A DNA stretch of 64,000 bases. It comes from an uncultured virus (IMG/VR IMGVR_UViG_3300049215_000190) (taxonomy: Duplodnaviria > Heunggongvirae > Uroviricota > Caudoviricetes). How positions within the stretch are numbered: position 1 is the stretch's first letter; each line of letters begins with the position of its first letter. Below are positions 45,201 to 55,937 of the stretch, piece after piece. The notes below the pieces were generated by a model. The model ran no database searches and was not told the DNA's origin. It was given only the letters and a program-made list of their open reading frames with translations. The DNA is taken from the IMG/VR virus record IMGVR_UViG_3300049215_000190, one strand, 5' to 3'. The position numbers and the translations under genes were made by a program.

Positions 45201-47651
45201 ATGAATATAAAATTTCGAGAATTGTTGCTTGGAACCGTATTGGTATTTGTCCCGGCAAATGCCTTTGCGCAAATTCCAAGTAACAATGGCGGTGGTGGCG
45301 GTGGCGGAACTATTCCGTCAATTCCCTCAACCACGCCGGCCTGTGGAACGGGAGTATCCGGTGCTGTTCAGGCTTGCACATCATCTACGGCACTGCCGAA
45401 CGGAACCACGGCAACAACCCAAACAACAAGCGACACGAGCACAAAAGTTGCTACCGATGCATTCGTTGTTAATACAATCAACGCAAGTGGTGGCGGATAC
45501 ACGCTCCCCACAGCAACTGCAACAACTCTCGGTGGTGTTAAACCCGATGGCACAACAATCAATAACTCGGCCGGTGCAATCAGCGTAAACTACGGTGCAA
45601 GCGCAAATACCGCGGCGCAGGGTAATGACAGTCGGATTGTTAATGCCCTTAGTTCTTCGGTTGCTGCCAGTACTTATGTTCCTATTAACGGCGCTCTAGG
45701 AACTCCGTCATCGGGAACGGCGACAAACCTTACAGGTTTGCCTATTTCTACCGGGCTTAGCGGGCTTGGGGCTGGTGTTGCCGGTGCGTTGGGAAATGCA
45801 GTTAACGGCGCGAATGGTATTGTGCTATTCAACGGTATGCTTGGCACGCCTACATCTGGCACAGCAACGAATTTGACCGGGCTACCAGTTAGCACGGGTC
45901 TTTCGGGTCTTGGAACTGGCCTTGCCACGGCGCTGACAAATAGTTTAAACGCTGCAAACGGTCTTGTTGGTTACTCTGGTGCTCTTGGCACCCCAACTAG
46001 CGGCACAGCCACAAATCTAACAGGACTTCCGATATCTACAGGTGTTAGCGGACTGGGAACAGGAATAGCCACTGCCCTAGCTGCCGCACCGACAGGTTCA
46101 GGTTCCGTAGTGTTAGCCACTAGCCCCACCTTAACCACGCCAAATATAGGAACGCCATCAGCGGGAATTGCCACAAATCTTACTGGTTTACCTTTGACTT
46201 CTGGTGTAACAGGGCAGCTTCCCGTTGCTAACGGGGGAACTGGCACAACTACAGGGCTTGCTTCTGCTATTCCAAGTGCGGCAACAACGGCACCGGAATG
46301 TGGTAGTGGTGCTGCTAGTGCGGTAGCTGTCTGCACAAGCACAATGGTTTTGCCGAATGGGGCAAGCGCTACTACACAAACAGCAGGTGACGCTACCATT
46401 AAGATTGCGACTGATGCGTTTACCGTCAGCGCTATAAATACCGCTGTGCCTTCTATTTCGTCTACAACTGCCGCTTGTGGTACCGGTGCGGCAGGTGCTG
46501 TGCAAGCTTGCGGGTCCACGCTAGTTGAACCAAACGGCACAACGGCAACAACGCAAACTGCCGGTGATAACACAAACAAAATTGCCACAGACTTGTTTGT
46601 TGCTACGGCAATACCAAGTGGCACAACGTCAACAGTATACGGCGGAACAGGCAACGCTGGGGTTGCTCGCGCTTTAACACTTGGCGGAAACCTTGCCATT
46701 TCTGGCACTACGTTGACCTCAATTCAACCGACAATTACAACATTTACTACAAACGGAACTTATACTAAAAAATCAACTTCGTCTATAATTGAAGTTTTGG
46801 TTATCGGTGGCGGCGGCGGCGGCGGGTTTGGAGGAACCTATGCGGCAGCTTCTGGTGGATCGGGCGGCGGAGGCGGCGGGGCTGGTGGAGTAAATTATGG
46901 CGCATTTTTAGCGGCTAATGTTTCTTCATCCGTGCCTATAACAGTTGGCACTGCCGGAGCGGCGGGAACAGCAAGTGTTACGCCGACAGGAGGCACGCAA
47001 GTTGGTCAAGGTGGCTATGGAACACCTTCATATTTCGGCACTCTTATGGCAGCTTCGGGCGGTGGTGGTGGTTCAGCGGGATCACTGACAACCGCTTCGG
47101 GCGGTGGTTCGGGTGGAGTTAATTACGGATATAACGGCTTCAGTGGAACAACAAGTGCAGGCGGAAATAATGTATATGGCCAATATGGTGGTTACGGGAC
47201 AGGGGGGTCTACAAATCAAAATCCATATAACACTGGGGCCGGTGGAGGCACTACTTCTGCTGGTATAGCGAACTCGGGCAGCAATAGCCAATTCGGTTAT
47301 ACTGGCGGGGGTTCTGGTGGTGGTTTTGCTGTTAGTGGTGCAGCTCAAGTGGGAGGTCAGTCTGGAACTGGTATTTATGCGGGTGTTATTGCTGTTAATC
47401 CAGGCGGATCGACTTGCGTCGCTGGCACAGCGGCTGTGTCTAGTGGTATTTTGTTTGAACAAGTGCAAGAAGGATTGGGCGCTACTGGTGGTGGCGCTTG
47501 TGCCACAGGAAATGGAGGTAGCGGCGGTTCAGGTGCTAGTATATATGGTGCTCCCGGTGGCGGCGGCGGCGCGGGAAGCAGCACGGCCGGTTATGTAGGT
47601 GGTTCCGGCGGCGTAGGTGGTCCGGGTATAGTAGTAGTGGCCGAGTGGTAA
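45201..47651 (+). CDS. Gly/Thr-rich fibre-like protein with signal peptide
   Basis: GTP.SG.ATNLTGLP x4, ATTQT..D...K.ATD.F x3, C-terminal glycine-rich domain ending GIVVVAEW. Confidence 0.75.
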   Translation: MNIKFRELLLGTVLVFVPANAFAQIPSNNGGGGGGGTIPSIPSTTPACGTGVSGAVQACTSSTALPNGTTATTQTTSDTSTKVATDAFVVNTINASGGGYTLPTATATTLGGVKPDGTTINNSAGAISVNYGASANTAAQGNDSRIVNALSSSVAASTYVPINGALGTPSSGTATNLTGLPISTGLSGLGAGVAGALGNAVNGANGIVLFNGMLGTPTSGTATNLTGLPVSTGLSGLGTGLATALTNSLNAANGLVGYSGALGTPTSGTATNLTGLPISTGVSGLGTGIATALAAAPTGSGSVVLATSPTLTTPNIGTPSAGIATNLTGLPLTSGVTGQLPVANGGTGTTTGLASAIPSAATTAPECGSGAASAVAVCTSTMVLPNGASATTQTAGDATIKIATDAFTVSAINTAVPSISSTTAACGTGAAGAVQACGSTLVEPNGTTATTQTAGDNTNKIATDLFVATAIPSGTTSTVYGGTGNAGVARALTLGGNLAISGTTLTSIQPTITTFTTNGTYTKKSTSSIIEVLVIGGGGGGGFGGTYAAASGGSGGGGGGAGGVNYGAFLAANVSSSVPITVGTAGAAGTASVTPTGGTQVGQGGYGTPSYFGTLMAASGGGGGSAGSLTTASGGGSGGVNYGYNGFSGTTSAGGNNVYGQYGGYGTGGSTNQNPYNTGAGGGTTSAGIANSGSNSQFGYTGGGSGGGFAVSGAAQVGGQSGTGIYAGVIAVNPGGSTCVAGTAAVSSGILFEQVQEGLGATGGGACATGNGGSGGSGASIYGAPGGGGGAGSSTAGYVGGSGGVGGPGIVVVAEW

Positions 47652-47659
47652 TATAACTT

Positions 47660-49192
47660 ATGTCGCCCGCTTTTGCCTTATTATTAGCCGAAATGTGCTA
47701 TGCCGGTTTGGTAAACAGATATCAGCAAACTATCGGTATAGACACGTTAGGTGTTGTCAATGATCCCATCGGGGCTCATGTAGCGGCAAACACGGCGGCG
47801 TATCAAGCTGCGTTAAATACGTATGCTGGAAGTGTTCGGTTAGTTCAATCGGCCAATTTAACAGTTATATTAAACGCGTCTTTGAATGTTCCATCAAATA
47901 CAACATTGCAGATAGATGGAGTGCTGAAAGCCGAAACTACCGGATCAACCATTCAATCGGTATTAAACCCAAGCAACGCTTCTGGGATTTTACTTGAAGG
48001 TCAAGGTGTAATTGATGCGCAAAATGTCGCCATTTCGTGTTTTGGTCCAGCAAATTTATCAAATTCCGTAATACGTGGACTTACGCTTCAAAATTCCGTA
48101 AATTGGAATATTAACGTAATACAATCATTTCGCGTTTATGCTATAGGTTGCACGTTTATTAACGGTAATAGTTCTAATGAGTTTGCGGCCGGTTGTGTTG
48201 ATTGTTGGTTTATTGGTTGTATTGTTCCTACAGGCACCTTGGGAGATTTAACGCTTGGGTTTTACGGTAATTGCGCTACTTGTGGGGCAATCGGTTGTTT
48301 GCTTTGGAATTGCAACAATGTTGGGATATTTGTTTTAAATGATGCTGATCAACCTGGGCTATGCACGGATATTTTGATTGACAATAATAGATTAGTTGAG
48401 TGTGCTTTAGCGGCAATATTTATCGGTTCAAATTTAACAGGAAGTGGTAATCATACAAATATAACAATATCCAACAACATTACTTGTGGAGGCAAAAACG
48501 GTGGGATACAACTTAATTTTGCCAGTCAGGTTAAAGTTTATAATAATCGGTCTTACGGTAATACTTTGAGCGGAAACCAAGGCGATATAGCCGTTTACGC
48601 AAATGTTCAATTTTGCTCAATTAAAGATAATCTGATTTTTGACACAGCGGGATTTGGAATACACATAGACGAGGGAAACAGTGTTGAGATTTGCGACAAT
48701 ACACTGCATGAAAGCCGAGTTCCGGCTGTAATGCTCGGAGCTTTTGGCGGCACTACTTTACAATATTGTTTGACATATAATAATAACCTCGGCACGTTTG
48801 CGGGAGCAGCAGACCAAATAACTTATGATGCTACGTCTCTAGTGTTTTCCGAAAATCAGCTTTTCGTGCCAGAGAGTACTACGCAACAGGTTAGTCTTCC
48901 AGGTTCCGTAAGTTCATTTTTAAAACAGTATCCGTCTACTAGCTCAATAGGAAAATTGATTGTGTCGTCCAACGATCAACAAGGTTTAGTAACATTGCCG
49001 CCGGGCATAACGACATATACAACCCAATTTAGCCCGGCATTTACAGACCAGCCGATTATATTTTGTTGGATTTCACAATTAGGTGTGCAACTGTCTTATA
49101 TTGCTACGTTGACTAGTTTGCAAGTTTCGGTTCCAAGCAACCCCACGGGTTGCACGATTACTTGGGTAGCGTTGAGTCCGATTAACGCTTAG
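47660..49192 (+). CDS. right-handed beta-helix (pectate-lyase-like) spike/depolymerase
   Basis: Asn/Ile/Cys-rich repeats, G.G.ID, I.GLTLQNS..W; AT-rich. Confidence 0.7.
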   Translation: MSPAFALLLAEMCYAGLVNRYQQTIGIDTLGVVNDPIGAHVAANTAAYQAALNTYAGSVRLVQSANLTVILNASLNVPSNTTLQIDGVLKAETTGSTIQSVLNPSNASGILLEGQGVIDAQNVAISCFGPANLSNSVIRGLTLQNSVNWNINVIQSFRVYAIGCTFINGNSSNEFAAGCVDCWFIGCIVPTGTLGDLTLGFYGNCATCGAIGCLLWNCNNVGIFVLNDADQPGLCTDILIDNNRLVECALAAIFIGSNLTGSGNHTNITISNNITCGGKNGGIQLNFASQVKVYNNRSYGNTLSGNQGDIAVYANVQFCSIKDNLIFDTAGFGIHIDEGNSVEICDNTLHESRVPAVMLGAFGGTTLQYCLTYNNNLGTFAGAADQITYDATSLVFSENQLFVPESTTQQVSLPGSVSSFLKQYPSTSSIGKLIVSSNDQQGLVTLPPGITTYTTQFSPAFTDQPIIFCWISQLGVQLSYIATLTSLQVSVPSNPTGCTITWVALSPINA

Positions 49193-49213
49193 AGGGAAAG
49201 TAAAGAAACTGCC

Positions 49214-51412
49214 ATGAATGATTTTCAGATTTTTATGCCGATAATGAAGATGGACAAAGATAATCGGACAGTTTCCGGTTATGCTTCCACGCCATCAAAA
49301 GACTCGGACGGCGAAATCATCACTCTTGAAGCGGTTAAAAAAGCTTTGCCTGATTATATGGCTTGGGGCAATATTCGCGAAATGCACCAACTGTCGGCAG
49401 TGGGCACGGCAGAAGAAGCGAATATTGACAAACGCGGGCTTTATTTGACCGCGAAAATTGTCGATGACGAAGCTTGGAAAAAGTGCCAAAGCGGCGTTTA
49501 CAAAGGTTTTAGCATCGGAGGACGGAAGCTGGGCAAAGACGGAAACAAAATTACCGCAATCGACATGACGGAAATATCTGTCGTTGATCGCCCGGCCAAT
49601 TCCGACTGTAGTTTTGCTTTGGCAAAACGGGAAAAAGACCTTGTAGCGCCTGCGCTCGGTTTTTTAGTCAAGGTTGAAAAAACGCCAGAAGCAAAAGAGG
49701 CGAAAAAGCTTGCTAAGGCGCAAAAGTTGGCCGAAGCACTAGCAAAAGCTGGACCGCCCGCGGCAAAAGACGGCCTGAGTTTGCCAGCGCCTGCGGCAAA
49801 AACCGAGCCTAGCCCAAAAGACTCGAGCGTTCAAAACAACAAAGCCGAAGGGGAACCAGTACAAAGCCCGGCGGAAAAATCTGCCGACAAGCCATACGGT
49901 GATGTAACCTACGCCGATCCAGGCCACCGCAAAGACGGCAAAGCTCGTTATCCCATTGACTCGGAGGATCACATCCGTGCGGCATGGAACTATATTCATA
50001 AGCCTAAAAATGCCAAGAAGTATGGAAACGATGACTTGGCATCGGTCAAAAACAAAATCATCGCAGCTTGGAAGGAGAAAATCCACAAGGACGGCCCGCC
50101 GAGCATCGCAGGCAAGGATACGAACAAGGCGGCAAGTGCCGATGCGCTGCTAACCTTGCCGTTTATGGAACTAGGCAAAGCCGCAAAAGTCAAGCCAACG
50201 GGGATTGTTTTTCCTCGGGAGCTTGAGTTGAAGAAGTCCATGAACACGGTAGGCTCCCTATCGTATGTTTTCGACAGTCTGCGTAGCGCACAGCGTAGTT
50301 TGATCCACGAAGGCAAAGCCGAAGGCGGTGATAAAAAGGATCAAGGTTTGGCCATGAAACTCGGCCGGATAGCAAAGGATCTTTCCGGTATTATCAGCCA
50401 GAAAGCCGAACATGAGGGTGCCGAGGCTCTCGACTTGTCTGATGCGGAAGATCAATGGGTAAGAACACTTTTAGGAGAAGATGAAATGTCGGATAACTAT
50501 GCCGCCGCCGCTGGCGGTGATCCTCTGGAAAATGCCGTGCTAAGCCTTATGAAACGGGCAGCTACGCCGAGCCCGATGCAGCGGTTCAGCAAAGCGAATG
50601 ATATGATGAAGCAGACCCGAAAAGCGGCAAAAGAGGCGTGCAAGACTCTCAAGGCCGTGCATGACATGCACAAGGCGGCATTTTTGGCCAAAGCGGCCAA
50701 AGTGAAGAAGAAGGACGATACGAAGCCTGACGATGACGATTTTGATCACGCAGGCGCAATGGAAAAGCTTCAGAAAGCCTATGGTGAAATGGAAAAAGCA
50801 CGGACTTTTGGCAAAGCTGCCATGGGTCAGATGGCGAAGGGCATGGCGGGGCGTTCGGGCCAAAAAGGTCAAGAAGCTGGTGATCCGGTGTCGGGCGTTT
50901 ACGAAGTTCCGCCCGGCATCATGGACTTGAGCCCGCGTGATATTGCCACGGCCGGTCCTGGTGGTGGTCAGCGCGGTTCGGCCCCGCCGCTGTATCCCGA
51001 CGACGGAAGTGTTTATGCAGGCAAAGCCGTCGGCGCAAACGACTTGGCAAAATACGCCAAGAACGGTGTGGTTAGCCTTGAAACGGCTCAGTTGCTGATG
51101 GAGAAAGCATCGGCAGAAAGCGAGCTTGCGGCACTTCGTCGTATGCCCGCAAACTTCTCTGGCGGCCGTCGTCCGATGGCATTCGACACGTCAAAGGTGT
51201 TTGACGTGGGCAGCAATGGTCATGTCATGAGTCAACAGGACATCAACAAGGCGCTGTTTGACGGTGTGAATACCAACGCTATCGGCAGCGGTGATGAGCG
51301 GGCGCATACCGAAGCAAGCGCCAAAGCTATCGGCAACTTTTTGACCTCGGGCCATTTTGGTAAATCCATTATGGACCCGGCGTTCAAAGGTGCCGCTGGC
51401 GGTAAGAGTTAA
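49214..51412 (+). CDS. prohead protease/scaffold fusion
   Basis: V.GYAS..D.DGE, REMH, GFSIGG, EISVVDRPAN; YADPG..RYPID..H.RAAW.YI insert; helical tail. Confidence 0.88.
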   Translation: MNDFQIFMPIMKMDKDNRTVSGYASTPSKDSDGEIITLEAVKKALPDYMAWGNIREMHQLSAVGTAEEANIDKRGLYLTAKIVDDEAWKKCQSGVYKGFSIGGRKLGKDGNKITAIDMTEISVVDRPANSDCSFALAKREKDLVAPALGFLVKVEKTPEAKEAKKLAKAQKLAEALAKAGPPAAKDGLSLPAPAAKTEPSPKDSSVQNNKAEGEPVQSPAEKSADKPYGDVTYADPGHRKDGKARYPIDSEDHIRAAWNYIHKPKNAKKYGNDDLASVKNKIIAAWKEKIHKDGPPSIAGKDTNKAASADALLTLPFMELGKAAKVKPTGIVFPRELELKKSMNTVGSLSYVFDSLRSAQRSLIHEGKAEGGDKKDQGLAMKLGRIAKDLSGIISQKAEHEGAEALDLSDAEDQWVRTLLGEDEMSDNYAAAAGGDPLENAVLSLMKRAATPSPMQRFSKANDMMKQTRKAAKEACKTLKAVHDMHKAAFLAKAAKVKKKDDTKPDDDDFDHAGAMEKLQKAYGEMEKARTFGKAAMGQMAKGMAGRSGQKGQEAGDPVSGVYEVPPGIMDLSPRDIATAGPGGGQRGSAPPLYPDDGSVYAGKAVGANDLAKYAKNGVVSLETAQLLMEKASAESELAALRRMPANFSGGRRPMAFDTSKVFDVGSNGHVMSQQDINKALFDGVNTNAIGSGDERAHTEASAKAIGNFLTSGHFGKSIMDPAFKGAAGGKS

Positions 51413-51449
51413 GTTTCAACGGTTTTAATGCTTGATTGGGGGTAAAGTA

Positions 51450-53111
51450 ATGAGTGGTTATGGCGGTAATCCGGTGCCTTTCACTGGAAATGGCGGGATC
51501 GGTAACGAGTTTGTTGCCGCCCTGTTGGGTAACGAGAACTTCGTTAAAACCCTTGAAAAGCGTCTTGGGCCGTTGGCAAAAGCCGATACCATTCAGCAGG
51601 CCACAAACCTGCTTTGGTATGACCTTGCGCCCGTGGTGCAGATGCTATATCCGTATCGGGAACTTATTCCGCGGATTAGCCGACTGCCGCGCGTCGGGGC
51701 AAACGGCGGAAATGCCTTCCACTGGAAGCGCATTGTCGGTATCAATGTCAACGGGGCAAGCTCGGGCGTCAGTGAAGGCAATCGCGGTGCGCGTATTGCC
51801 ATCAGCGAGCAAGACCTGACGGCAGCATTCAAGACCCTTGGTTTTGAGAGTTCCGTGACGTTCGAGGCTCGTCTTGGTGCAAGAAACTTGAGCCCCGAAG
51901 CCTTGGGTATCAGCGTTCAAGCGGCACTTCGGTCGTTGATGATTGACGAGGAGAAAATCCTTATCAACGGCAATGCCAGCTTGCCGCTCGGCGCTACGCC
52001 GACGCCGACCTTGACCGCAGGTGCCGTAAGCGGTTTGACTGGCGCTTTTTCGGGCGGAACGGTTTACGTCGTCTGCGTGGCCTTGACGGGCATGGGCTAT
52101 TTGGGCTATTCGCCTTATTCGTCCGTGACCAATCTTGGTGGTGTTGTCGGTCAGGTTACGAAGGTCAACGCAGACGGAACAACTGATACCTACGGCGGCG
52201 GCAGTGCGCAGCCGTCAGCAGAAACGAGCGTTAGCACGAGTGGCACACAAGTTGTTACTGCTACGACAACCTTAGTGCCCGGCGCTTTTGCTTATGCTTG
52301 GTTTGTTGGTTCGGCCTCGGGGGCGGAATACCTTGCTGGTATTACTCCAAGCAACCAAGCGATCTTTACTAAGTATCCGGCGGCGACCAATCAGCCGATT
52401 GCAAACCTCAAAGTCGGTGCAAGTTACTCCGACAATTCCGTCGATCAACTTGTGCCGGACGGCATCTTGTCGCAGGTCTTTGGGCAAATCACTGGACCGT
52501 CGCCCGGCCAGCTTATGTCCACGAACCCACTGTTGCCGAGTGGCATCAGCTTCTCTACCGGCGGGTCAATTATCTACTCTATGGCGGCGGGCAATACTGG
52601 CTTGACACTTGCCGGCACCAACTTTGCTGAAATCGACGCTGTGCTTCGGGCGGCATATGAGCAATATAAAATCGGGTTTGATCGTATCCTGATTTCGGCG
52701 GCGGATGTGCTTGATACTTTCGGTGCCATGTTGGCGCAAAGCGGCAGCGGGGGAAATGGTTTCCGTATGCTGTTTGACGCCGATGCGGAAACCGGCCGAA
52801 TTGTGGCTGGTAGGCGAGTGACTTCGTATCTTAACAAGTTCTTTAATAACACGCTGGACGTAGAGGTTCACCCCTATGTTCCGCCTGGTTGCATCTTGTT
52901 TTGGTCTGATCGGAGCCCATACGAACTGTCCGGCGTAGCAAACTTGCTCGAAGCAAAAGTTCGGCAGGATTATTATCAAATCCAATGGCCGTGCCGTTCG
53001 CGGCGTTATGAGTATGGTGTGTATGTGGACGAGGTTTTCCCGTGCTACTTTACCCCGGCGTTCGCGGCAATTATCAACAAGAACCCGACAACGGGTTCGT
53101 TCAGCTTCTAA
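51450..53111 (+). CDS. major capsid protein
   Basis: Follows the protease; YDL.P...LYP, GVSEG.RG, VHP..PPG, Y.YGVY..E; terminator downstream. Confidence 0.85.
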   Translation: MSGYGGNPVPFTGNGGIGNEFVAALLGNENFVKTLEKRLGPLAKADTIQQATNLLWYDLAPVVQMLYPYRELIPRISRLPRVGANGGNAFHWKRIVGINVNGASSGVSEGNRGARIAISEQDLTAAFKTLGFESSVTFEARLGARNLSPEALGISVQAALRSLMIDEEKILINGNASLPLGATPTPTLTAGAVSGLTGAFSGGTVYVVCVALTGMGYLGYSPYSSVTNLGGVVGQVTKVNADGTTDTYGGGSAQPSAETSVSTSGTQVVTATTTLVPGAFAYAWFVGSASGAEYLAGITPSNQAIFTKYPAATNQPIANLKVGASYSDNSVDQLVPDGILSQVFGQITGPSPGQLMSTNPLLPSGISFSTGGSIIYSMAAGNTGLTLAGTNFAEIDAVLRAAYEQYKIGFDRILISAADVLDTFGAMLAQSGSGGNGFRMLFDADAETGRIVAGRRVTSYLNKFFNNTLDVEVHPYVPPGCILFWSDRSPYELSGVANLLEAKVRQDYYQIQWPCRSRRYEYGVYVDEVFPCYFTPAFAAIINKNPTTGSFSF

Positions 53112-53127
53112 CGCAAGACGGAATACG

Positions 53128-53165
53128 AAAACAAGCTAGGGTAATACCTAGCTTGTTTTTCTTTT
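53128..53165 (+). terminator. rho-independent terminator
   Basis: AAAACAAGCTAGG-gtaata-CCTAGCTTGTTTTTCTTTT. Confidence 0.9.
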
Positions 53166-53179
53166 GTAGGAACGAAGCT

Positions 53180-53644
53180 ATGGCAAGCCATTGTCAAGAC
53201 TGCACGGGGTGTTGCACCGTGTTTGAAGTTAAAGAGATTGAGAAGCCTTTTGCTGTGCCATGCAAGTATCTCGGAGCCACGCTATTCGGCCATGGTTGCA
53301 CAATATACATGGATCGGCCAGATGCTTGCAAACGCTACGTTTGTTTGTGGTTAGACTCGCAACGGAGAGCGGAATTTACAGATCGTATGCCCGAAGCTTT
53401 GCGCCCTGACGTAAGTAAGGTCGTTATGGGTTGGCCTTGGGGCGAGGATAGGGAAACTCTGTTTATCTATCCGTATCCAGGCCACGATGACGCTTGGCGA
53501 AAGGAACCGATTGCGTCGCATTTGCGCATGATACTTTCGCGCGGCGGAAAAATCGTTGTCGTCACGGGAAATACCCGCACCGCCATCAAGGGCGATATGG
53601 CATTTGTAGGGACCGAAGAAGAATTTGCCCGTCTGTTAGCATAA
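53180..53644 (+). CDS. YkgJ-like CxxCxxCC metal-binding protein
   Basis: CQDCTGCC...C..L...GCTIY..RP..CK.Y.C.WL. Confidence 0.75.
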   Translation: MASHCQDCTGCCTVFEVKEIEKPFAVPCKYLGATLFGHGCTIYMDRPDACKRYVCLWLDSQRRAEFTDRMPEALRPDVSKVVMGWPWGEDRETLFIYPYPGHDDAWRKEPIASHLRMILSRGGKIVVVTGNTRTAIKGDMAFVGTEEEFARLLA

Positions 53645-53659
53645 CCGAAGGAAAAAGCT

Positions 53660-54085
53660 ATGTGGTTTGCGTTTCCCCCAGGCGTTGAGTGCATTTCCGT
53701 TGAACGCCAAGAGTTTATAGCGGAAGGAAAGGACAAACTTGGCCGCGATTGTTTCCGGGCCCCGGATCATTTCGCGCCGCGGATTTTGGCCATTCCCGGC
53801 TTTGTCCCTGCAAGTGAACTGGTGGGCGATGTTCCATCTGATCTTACGCCGACAAGCCCCGATATGGAAAAAGCCATTCAACAGCTTGCAGAGCAACGTG
53901 ATGCTGACGGCGTTCGTATCCAAGGACTGACGGAAGACTTGGCCTCGCTTTCGGCAAAGCTTGAGGCTATGACGAACGAACGTGACGAAGCACACAAGCA
54001 AATTGAAATTCTGCACGAGCAGATTGAAAATTTGCAACAAGAATTGGAAGACGCCGGTGAGCCGGCAACAGCGGCAAAGAAGTAA
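53660..54085 (+). CDS. coiled-coil hypothetical protein
   Basis: AAGGA RBS; heptad C-terminus. Confidence 0.7.
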   Translation: MWFAFPPGVECISVERQEFIAEGKDKLGRDCFRAPDHFAPRILAIPGFVPASELVGDVPSDLTPTSPDMEKAIQQLAEQRDADGVRIQGLTEDLASLSAKLEAMTNERDEAHKQIEILHEQIENLQQELEDAGEPATAAKK

Positions 54086-54088
54086 GCC

Positions 54089-55000
54089 ATGAGTTTGCTC
54101 GGCGGCGATTTGACCACGCCACAACGCGTAGCGACGTGGATGGCAAACGCCCCGAGTATTCCTAGCCCAATCATATCGCAGTTGATTGGCTCGATGACAA
54201 ATTTGATCTATAGTAAATTAAACCGAGCTCGTTTATATAGTCAAACTTTTACGAGAACATTTGATGGTGTTGGCACAGCGCAGATTATGCTGCCGGATTA
54301 TCCCGTAACAAGCATACAGGCCGTGCAACAGGGTTCAGCACTTATACCGCCGTCTGTATTGCCGAACGCGAATGGAACATACAATGCAGGAGTTAATCCT
54401 GGCTACGGTTATCGGTTTATTCCCTGGTCTGGCAATTTGCCTGGCGATACGGCGATGGTGGAACTTAACGGAGGGTTCTTTTGGCCAGCGCCTCAAAATG
54501 TCCAGATCACATATACGGCCGGATATCTTATACAAAACGAACAGCAAAGCGTTCCAACAACTGGACCGTACACGATAACTGTTAATCAGTTTCAGGGAAT
54601 TTGGTGCCGGGACAACGGTGTGACGTATGCGGCAACCGGCGCGGCTTTAACGCCCGTGACGACAATTACTGCCGCCGGTCAGTATATCGTTGGTCCTGAT
54701 AGCACACCGGGGCTTTATACTTTTAGCGTTGCCGACGAGGGCCAAGCCCTGTTGATAAGCTATTCTTTTATTCCCGCCGACCTTGAAGAAGCCGTTAATC
54801 AAATGGTTGTTGAGCGGTATGCTTATAGGACTCGGGTAGGTGAAATTAGCAAAAGCCTAGGCGGGCAAGAAACAGTCCGGTTTGCCCGAGGTTCTATGGG
54901 TCCGCCGTGGGGCAAAACAAGCTCGTTGCCGCCCGAGGTTATGGATTTGATAAATCCGTATATCAGCGTTCTGCCGCCGACTATAGGAGCGCCGGTATAA
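54089..55000 (+). CDS. head-tail adaptor
   Basis: DG.G...LPDYPV.SI, ITYTAGY, P.DLEEAV. Confidence 0.75.
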   Translation: MSLLGGDLTTPQRVATWMANAPSIPSPIISQLIGSMTNLIYSKLNRARLYSQTFTRTFDGVGTAQIMLPDYPVTSIQAVQQGSALIPPSVLPNANGTYNAGVNPGYGYRFIPWSGNLPGDTAMVELNGGFFWPAPQNVQITYTAGYLIQNEQQSVPTTGPYTITVNQFQGIWCRDNGVTYAATGAALTPVTTITAAGQYIVGPDSTPGLYTFSVADEGQALLISYSFIPADLEEAVNQMVVERYAYRTRVGEISKSLGGQETVRFARGSMGPPWGKTSSLPPEVMDLINPYISVLPPTIGAPV

Positions 55001-55470
55001 TGTTGGGAGTGAACTATACCGTTCCGCCGAACCTTGAAGACCTAGACGGGCGAATTAAAGCGGCTGTGGTAAGCAAGCTGATCGAGCTAACGCAAGTTAT
55101 GTTCGACAAGGTGCAGGAAAACCTAAACGGCAAGATTTTGCAGAAGCAAACAGGCCAGTTGGCTAGTTCTATGCAGCAGACGGTAGAAATCAGGGAAAAC
55201 GTGTCAACCGGAGCCGTTTTTCCTGAACCCGCTTCGCCTAAAGCTTGGGCGTTGGAAAAAGGCGGAAAAGGGTATTATGAAATTTATCCGACCAAAGCCG
55301 CCGTTTTGAGTTGGGTGGGTAAAGAAGGCGGACGAGTTTTCCGTGCCAGTGTCAATCATCCGCCGTCTAAGGATTTTCGGTATATGGAACTGGCATTGGA
55401 TGAAATGCGCGAATTGGTTCCAGCCGGTTTTGAAGCAGCGATACAAGAAGTATTGGACAGCAGAGCGTGA
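55000..55470 (+). CDS. neck/tail completion protein (HK97 gp10-like)
   Basis: TGQLASS, I.P.KA..L, V.HP; synteny. Confidence 0.65.
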   Translation: MLGVNYTVPPNLEDLDGRIKAAVVSKLIELTQVMFDKVQENLNGKILQKQTGQLASSMQQTVEIRENVSTGAVFPEPASPKAWALEKGGKGYYEIYPTKAAVLSWVGKEGGRVFRASVNHPPSKDFRYMELALDEMRELVPAGFEAAIQEVLDSRA

Positions 55471-55925
55471 GCACCGCGACACGCACAGTGGTTATGGCGA
55501 AGATTGAAAGCATAATTGCCGGAATGACGTTCGGAACCGCTATAAACGGCAAAACCACTTGGCAAACCGTAAGTAACCGTTTGAGGCTTTGGGCTGACGT
55601 AAGTCCCGATCAACAACCGGCGGCGTTTTTAGTAACGCACAACGAAGTTGATGAATACAAGCATCTAGGCACCTACAGGCGTCGGTTAAATTTAGGCATT
55701 TGGTGTTACAGCCGAAGCGACAGCACACCAGGCCAGCCTGATCTTGACACGATGATGGAAGCGTTTGAGGCGGCTTTTAACGTGCCTGACAATCCGAGCA
55801 CAGGTAGCAACACGCTCGGAGGGCTTGTATATTGGTGTAGGATAGAAGGCAAGACTTTCAAAGACCCGGGAGACTTGGACAGTCAAACACTTTTGATTGT
55901 CCCGCTGATTGTTGAAATGCCGTAG
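55467..55925 (+). CDS. tail terminator protein
   Basis: QPA, TLGGLV..CRIEG; precedes the tail tube gene. Confidence 0.65.
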   Translation: MSTATRTVVMAKIESIIAGMTFGTAINGKTTWQTVSNRLRLWADVSPDQQPAAFLVTHNEVDEYKHLGTYRRRLNLGIWCYSRSDSTPGQPDLDTMMEAFEAAFNVPDNPSTGSNTLGGLVYWCRIEGKTFKDPGDLDSQTLLIVPLIVEMP

Positions 55926-55937
55926 ATAAAGCTAAAG

